The notes beneath the pieces are model-generated. The model worked only from the letters and a program-made list of their open reading frames with translations, searched no databases and was not told the DNA's origin. Made by a program: the position numbers and the translations under genes. From the human T2T-CHM13v2.0 reference genome, Homo sapiens, in assembly GCF_009914755.1 (NCBI RefSeq), contig NC_060927.1: DNA of 64,000 nt. One strand, written 5' to 3'. Below, in pieces: positions 54,486-64,000 of the stretch (the stretch's first letter is position 1; every line of letters begins with the position of its first letter).

Positions 54486-56298
54486 TTTTTTTTGTATTTA
54501 TTGATCATTCTTGGGTGTTTCTCAGAGAGGGGGTTGTGGCAGGGTCATAGGATAATAGTGGAGAGAAGGTCAGCAGATAAACACGTGAACAAAGGTCTCT
54601 GGTTTTCCTAGGCAGAGGTCCTTGTGGCCTTCCGCAGTGTTTGTGTCCCTGGGTACTTGAGATTAGGGAGTGGTGATGACTCTTAACGAGCATGCTGCCT
54701 TCAAGCATCTGTTTAACAAAGCACATCTTGCACCGCCCTTAATCCATTTAACCCTGAGTTGACACAGCACATGTTTCAGAGAGCACAGGGTTGGGGGTAA
54801 GGTTATAGATTAACAGTGTCCCAAGGCAGAAGAATTTTTCTTAGTACTGAACAAAATGGAGTCACCTATGTCTACTTCTTTCTACACAGACACAGTAAAA
54901 ATCTCATCTCTCCTTCTTTTCCCTACATTTCCTCCTTTTCTTTTCGACAAAACCGCCATCGTCATCATGGCCCTTTCTTGATGGTCGCTGTCTCTTCAGA
55001 GCTGTTGGGTACACCTCACAGACGGGGTGGCTGGGCAAAGGTGCTCCTCACTTCCCAGACGGGGCGGCCGGACAGAGGCGCTCCTCACATCCCATACGGG
55101 GCGGCTGGGCAGAGACACTCCTCACTTCCCAGACGGGGCGGCCGGGCAGAGGCGCTCCTCACTTCCCAGACGGGGTGGCCGGGCAGAGGTGCTCCTCACT
55201 TCCCAGATGATGGGCGGCCGGGCAGAGGCGCTCCTCACCTCCCAGACGGGGCAGCAGGGCAGAGGCGCTCCTCACCTCACAGATGGGGCGGCTGGGCAGA
55301 GGTGCTCGCTTCCTAGATGGGGCGGCTGGGCAGAGGCGCTCCTCACCTCCCAGAAGAAGGGCGGCTGGGCAGAGGCGCTCCTCACATCCCAGATGATGGG
55401 TGGCCGGGCAGAGGCGCTCCTCACCTCCCAGACGGGGCGGCCAGGCAGAGGCGCTCCTCACATCCCAGATGATCGGCGGCCGGGCAGAGGCGCTCCTCAC
55501 TTCCCAGATGATGGGCGGCCAGGCAGAGGTGCTCCTCACATCCCAGACGATGGGCGGCCGGGCAGAGGCGCTCCTCACTTCCCAGATGATGGGCAGCCGG
55601 GCAGAGGTGCTCCTCAGCTCCCAGATGGGGTGGCTGGGCAGAGACGCTCCTCACCTCCCAGACGAAGGGTGGCCGGGCAGAGGCACTCGCTTCCTAGATG
55701 GGGTGGCTGGGCAGAGACGCTCCTCACCTCCCAGACAAAGGGCGGCCGGGCAGAGGCGCTCGCTTCCTAGACGGGGCGGCTGGGCAGAGGCTCTCCTTAC
55801 CTCCCAGACGATGGGCGGCTGGGCAGAGGCGCTCCTCACTTCCCAGATGATGGGCGGCCGGGCAGAGGTGCTCCTCAGCTCCCAGATGGGGTGGCTGGGC
55901 AGAGACGCTCCTCACCTCCCAGACGAAGGGTGGCCGGGCAGAGGCGCTCGCTTCCTAGATGGGGTGGCTGGGCAGAGACGCTCCTCACCTCCCAAAGGGC
56001 GGCCGGGCAGAGGCGCTCGCTTCCTAGACGGGGCGGCCGGGCAGAGGCGCTCCTCACCTCCCAGACGAAGGGCAGCCAGGCAGAGGTGCTCCTCACATCC
56101 CAGATGATGGGCGGCCAGGCAGAGGTGCTCCTCACCTCCCAGATGGGGAGGCCGGGCAGAGGCATTCCTCACATCCCAGATGATGGGCGGCCGGGCAGAG
56201 GCGCTCCTCACTTACGAGACGGGGCAGCCGGGCAGAAGCGCTCCTCATTTCCCAGACGGGGCAGCCGGGTAGAAGCGCTCCTCACTTCCCAGACGGGG
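54486..56298 (-). mobile_element. SVA retrotransposon (older A/B-like), 5'-truncated within the VNTR
   Basis: Poly-T, AATAAA at 54497-54502, SINE-R at ~54496-55010, GC-rich ~35-50 bp VNTR at ~55011-56298. 13-bp TSD tgtatcagtcttt at 54473-54485 and 56299-56311 in an L1 endonuclease-type TTTT/AAAG context. No hexamer or Alu-like head. Confidence 0.95.
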
Positions 56299-57811
56299 TG
56301 TATCAGTCTTTAAAATCAGCAATAATGTTACACTGCTAGAACTTTAGAACATACAGACATGAAATAATATCCTCACCAGAAAAGTACTAACCAACTCTGT
56401 TACTGAGAAGCTTGAGAAAACATTTTAACAACATCTGCACTCAGGGATAAAATTTGAAATGAGAGTTCAAAGGACAAGATTTATTAACCTTATCTTTCTG
56501 TCTTACAATGAACACAGAAGCTCTCATAATTAAGCAATTTGAACAGAAAGATTAGCAAGGGATTGGTCTTTGTATGTTTAATTACTCTGAAGTTATAATG
56601 GAAAACCTCTCATGGGACAACATGTATTTACATGTTTGCAAATAATGCTTTGCTTTACATTATGTAGAAAATATTTTATTCCAGAGTATTGTGAACTTTC
56701 AAACATCTATTCTGTAGATGATTGAAATATTTTGGATAATTAATCTCAATTCATATTGATACAAATATCTTTGACTCTCATACTCTGTTGCAGTTACTAT
56801 TGCTACATAGCAAATTGGCCCAAATTAAGCATCTTGAAACAACCATTTCTTATGTTCATGAATTTTGGGGAAATTCACATCAGACACGGAAGGAATAATC
56901 CCTGCTTCTTGTGGTGTCAGGTCTCATCTCTTAAGCCGGGCTGGCTTAAAGACTAGAATTGCTGATGGGAACACTCACACCTGGCTGCCTTATGTGATTT
57001 GGTTTCCTTACAGCTAGTGATCTCAGGGTAGTCAGACTTTTTACCAGGTGGTTCAGGGTTCCAAGCATGAGTGTTCTAGTGCACAAGGCTGGATTGCCAA
57101 GCTTCATTATCATGTCCACAGTGGTCTGTTGGTTGAAACAGTCACAAGCCTGCCCATAGTCAAGAGGTGTGGCCATAGACACTTCCTCCTCCACCTCTCC
57201 ATGAAGAGTATAAAAAAAGTTAGGACCCTGTTTAAAAACTGCTACTTACTTTATCCAGCCCTCTCATAGTCATATTCAACTCTGAAGAATTTTTCTTTAG
57301 ATATTTTCCCAAAGGGACTACATGTTCATAAACCCCCTACATGTGGGTGAAGGCCAATTAAACTGCCATGGGATGATTTTTCTTTCTCATGGGAAGCAGA
57401 TAGAATTAACAGACTGTGGCTGCTGTTTTTAAACAAGGTATGCCAGTATCTGTATCCCTTCTGAGATGCGTTGTGTTTCTTCAGTGAGGGAGAACATGTA
57501 ATTAATCCCTGTTGAAAGCCCTTTTATTTAGAAATCATGCTTGCTTTTACTCTTTATTATTTGGATATATATCTATGTCTGGAAATAGACTGAGAGGAAA
57601 CTTGCCTGTTGATATCTTAATAAAAGTAATTAAAACATTCCCAGGGCCAGGACTAGGATGAGGTGAGTGAGGCACTTGCTTCAGCTGTAAAATTTAAGGC
57701 TACGCCAAAAAACTCAGTAATCCAAATAAATATTTTCATGTGATATTAAAGAAAGTTAAATCTAATGCCAAGCAATCTATAATCAAATATCAAAGTTTTA
57801 GATAAAGACAG

Positions 57812-58205
57812 TACATTATTTTCCAAGGGCTGCTGTAACAAAGTACCAAAAACTGGGTGGCTTAAAAGAACATACATTTCTTTTCTGTCAGTTCTGGAGG
57901 CCAGGGGCTCTCAGGAGGAAACCTCATGCCTCTCTGCTAGCTTCGGGTCATTGCCTGCAATCCCTGGTGTTTGTTGGCTTGTCTCCACTCATCTTCGCCT
58001 TCATCGTCATGAGTTCTTCCCTATGTGTCTCTGTGTCCTCTCCTTTTCTTTTGAGGACACCAGTCACTGGACTTAGGGCCCATTCTAATCCAATATGACC
58101 TCATTTTAAATAATTATATTTGCAAAGACCCTGTTTCCAAATAAGATCACATTCTGAGGCTCTGGGTGGACATGAATGTTTTGGAGGCACTATTGAACAA
58201 TACAG
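57812..58205 (-). mobile_element. MLT1 (MaLR) LTR
   Basis: agggctgctgtaacaaagtacca...tttgcaaagaccctgtttccaaataagatcacattctgagg. Confidence 0.75.
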
Positions 58206-58220
58206 ACAGGATCAGTGTCA

Positions 58221-58679
<459 letters not shown>

Positions 58680-59378
58680 TTATGAGATTTTTTTTAGTAG
58701 TTAGCATGGGCTGGCTACTGCCAGGTGAGCTGCTGTTCCATCACCTCTGGAACCAAAGACTGAGAAGTTTCACCCACTCATCTATTTCAGCTTCCACATG
58801 CCTATATGATGACTTCTAAATCTGTCTCTCCTGCCTCACTACTGTATGAATTCTAGATTCCTTTTTCCAACGGCTCCTGGACAGCCCAACTTGTTAGCCT
58901 AAAGGCATCTCAAATGTAACTTGTATTTCAATGAAGCATTTATGTCTTCTTGTCCTCTTCCCCATCTCCTTCATTGGCATATTCATCCTCCCCATCCCCT
59001 AAAACAAACCTTGAGAGTCTCTCTACTCTGGTCTCTCCCTCTTTTCCAGCATCTTATCTGGTTCCACCTCAGAGACAATTCTGGATCACCTTCCTCTGCC
59101 ATGATTCTCAACCTTTTATCAGCAGGTATCATCTTGGGTATGGAGATGTTCCTATAGAATATAATGTTTATCGTAATCTGCTTGGAAAATAAGAGTTGTG
59201 ACTGTGTAACAGGTTTAGATACTAAATATGTTTTGCCTCAGAAAATACAGTGAATTATACACAATTTTGTTAGCATGACTTTGACATTGTATATGGTTAT
59301 ATATATAAAATAGACATATACTCTATATTATATATATAAACTATATATTTTATATATTCATAAACCCTATATATTTAT

Positions 59379-59411
<33 letters not shown>

Positions 59412-59699
59412 AAGAGAGTGAGAGAGAGCAAGCATGAGCCTGGGCTTTCATGATTCTGCCCTCAGCCTCAGAAAGGCATTATGGGCATGCACTACCACCC
59501 TCATACTGGATGTTATGTTTTGATGCTTTAGTATTGCTAAACCTGGTCATCCAAAGCAAATTCCTTCTAGTCTTCTTTTTGCTGTAATAGAAACTCTGCT
59601 CGTCCTGAGGATGCTGCTCCCTTGTGGCCCTCTCTAGTGTAGCTGTTCACAGGCCTCCTACCCCTCGCTCTGAAGCAAAGTGGAAGTCCTCCCTTCTCC

Positions 59700-62370
<2,671 letters not shown>

Positions 62371-62579
62371 AGAACTCATGTTTTGTCCTCATCCTGTACC
62401 TTCCTACTTGTGTAACCTTGGCCTGGAATGCCCTTTCTCCCATCTGGAAAGTATTCATTCCTTCAGACTTACTTTTTGGTGAAAAGTCTTTTTCTTTTTC
62501 TTCTTCCTTTTCTATTACCCATGCTGGTGATTTAAATACACTTAACCACAATTACCTTTATTATCCCTAAGAAATTTAA

Positions 62580-64000
62580 GATTCAAGATGGCCAACTAGA
62601 TGCAGCCAGGAAGAACATCTGTCACTGAGGGACCGGGACATCAGGAAGACTGGTGCACATTTAACAGATCTTTGGAGGAAAGGCATTAAGAGTGGACAGA
62701 GGGAGGACACAGATACTGGGCTGAAGGGAGAGGAAGCTGGGAACACTGCATGGGGCTACTGCACACTAGGACTTATTCCTGGCCCCCAGTGACTCTTGGG
62801 GAAGGGATGAGTTGAATGGGCAAGGAGTGACCCACCCTTACCATGGACCTCTGGAATCCTGGCAGCCAAAGACCCCATGACCCCCATGGACACTTAAGCT
62901 GGCAAGGATAACCGTTTAGAGAGGTAGTAGGGGCAGGACTCCAGCCTGCAAGGAGCCCAGGGGGTTTGGTGCAGGAGTGTCTGAAGTGGAGCATGACCAG
63001 GGATGCCCATCTCTCAAGGCTCACCATGCTCCCCTAGGAGAGTTTAGCCTTACAGAAACTATCGGACCTGAACAGAGCAGGACAGTCTTGCCTGTGAGAT
63101 GTGAGCAGTCTTATCTGAGTGCCCCACTGTCTGCTAGCCTCTTCTTGGCCTGTCCAAGTCTGCTTGCAGTGCAGCCTCAGATGCCCAACTAGGGTGCGTT
63201 TTGTGAATCCATATCATAGATCCTTTGTTGTCATACCATCAGAGAGCTCCAAAAGAGCAGCCTGTGCCGACGTGCACCAACCCACCCACACCCTCCCCTG
63301 ACTGCAGCCTCCTTCGCGTCACTTTGCCTGCGCTCATTTGCCCACGTCCACTCCACACTGCTTAGCCAGCATGGTGCCTGCCCTCCTTCTCTGACATGGG
63401 TGTGCACATGTACCCCACCATGCCACTGTTGCCGACATAAGTGCATGGAGGCCAGTGGCCTTGTCCCCCACGCATTGCTGCTGCTGCCAGTAAAAACACA
63501 CACATGGAGCCGATAGCGCTGTCCCCATCAGTGCCTTGTCCCTGTGCACACACCACCACCAGTGTGAATGTGTACAAAAAGGCGACTGCCCCCAAGCCTA
63601 CCAGTACCCCACCTAAGCTGCTGAGCATGGACCCGCCTTGCTGCCACTGTTGTTGGCATATGCGAACAAGCATAGATCCTGCTACAACTGCCCCAAAGAA
63701 GCACTTTTGCTGGCATCACCCATTGGAGTATTGTTGCTAGTGGTCCTAACCTCCAGCAGCCAGAGGACAAAGCCAGGGGCCCGATACCAGCCCCCTAGAG
63801 TTATAGCATGCAGCCCAGAAGTGCTGAGCTGATCCTTGGTCTCCTAAAATCTTCCAGAAATGAAGACAGTCAACTTAACCCACCTTATATAACAATCAAA
63901 CGCCCAAGGGCATCAAAGAAGATAAAAGCAAAAAAAAATTAAAACTCATCCAAAGGACAGCAACTTCAAAGATTGAAGGAACGTCAGCCTATGCAAATGA
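62580..64000 (+). mobile_element. 5' UTR of an old primate L1 (L1PA13-16/L1PB-like), running into a probable ORF1 start at the window edge
   Basis: Begins ATTCAAGATGGCC (YY1 motif at 62584-62593); GC-rich degenerate repeats; ends ...CAAAGGACAGCAACTTCAAAGATTGAAGGAAC...ATGA, typical of the UTR/ORF1 junction. Confidence 0.7.

Noticed and set aside
54816-56313. Long overlapping ORFs (up to 247 aa) with repeated AEALLTSQ / GRGAPH motifs, and a superficially CRISPR-like repeat array
   Set aside because: These are translations of the stop-poor SVA VNTR. The units are tandem with no unique spacers, and the context is eukaryotic.
62773-63832. Cluster of short ORFs on both strands at the window end
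   Set aside because: They lie in a degenerate, GC-rich L1 5' UTR with no coherent protein similarity.

Overview
Primate genomic DNA, most likely human (3q25 CCNL1 locus, recognised from the protein sequence). The only protein-coding gene is CCNL1 (cyclin L1) on the minus strand. It has 11 GT-AG coding exons, from ATG at 36636 to TGA at 24783, totalling 1581 nt or 526 aa (N-terminal cyclin box, C-terminal RS domain). The gene also carries several alternative or poison exons: a 73-nt exon in intron 3, a dual-outcome acceptor in intron 5, and an Alu-derived alternative last exon. Upstream lie a processed KRT18 pseudogene, a U2 5' fragment, a MADE1 MITE, a 5S rRNA pseudogene, a second CpG-island promoter with no coding gene attached, a 5'-truncated SVA, and the 5' UTR of an old L1. 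A Y4 RNA retrocopy sits in CCNL1 intron 3. The rest is Alu, MaLR, L1, L2 and DNA-transposon remnants. I found no convincing new biological system. The most interesting signals are in the splicing and translation architecture of CCNL1 and in a few local inverted-repeat oddities. Exon boundaries were read base by base; repeat boundaries and subfamily calls are approximate and made by eye.
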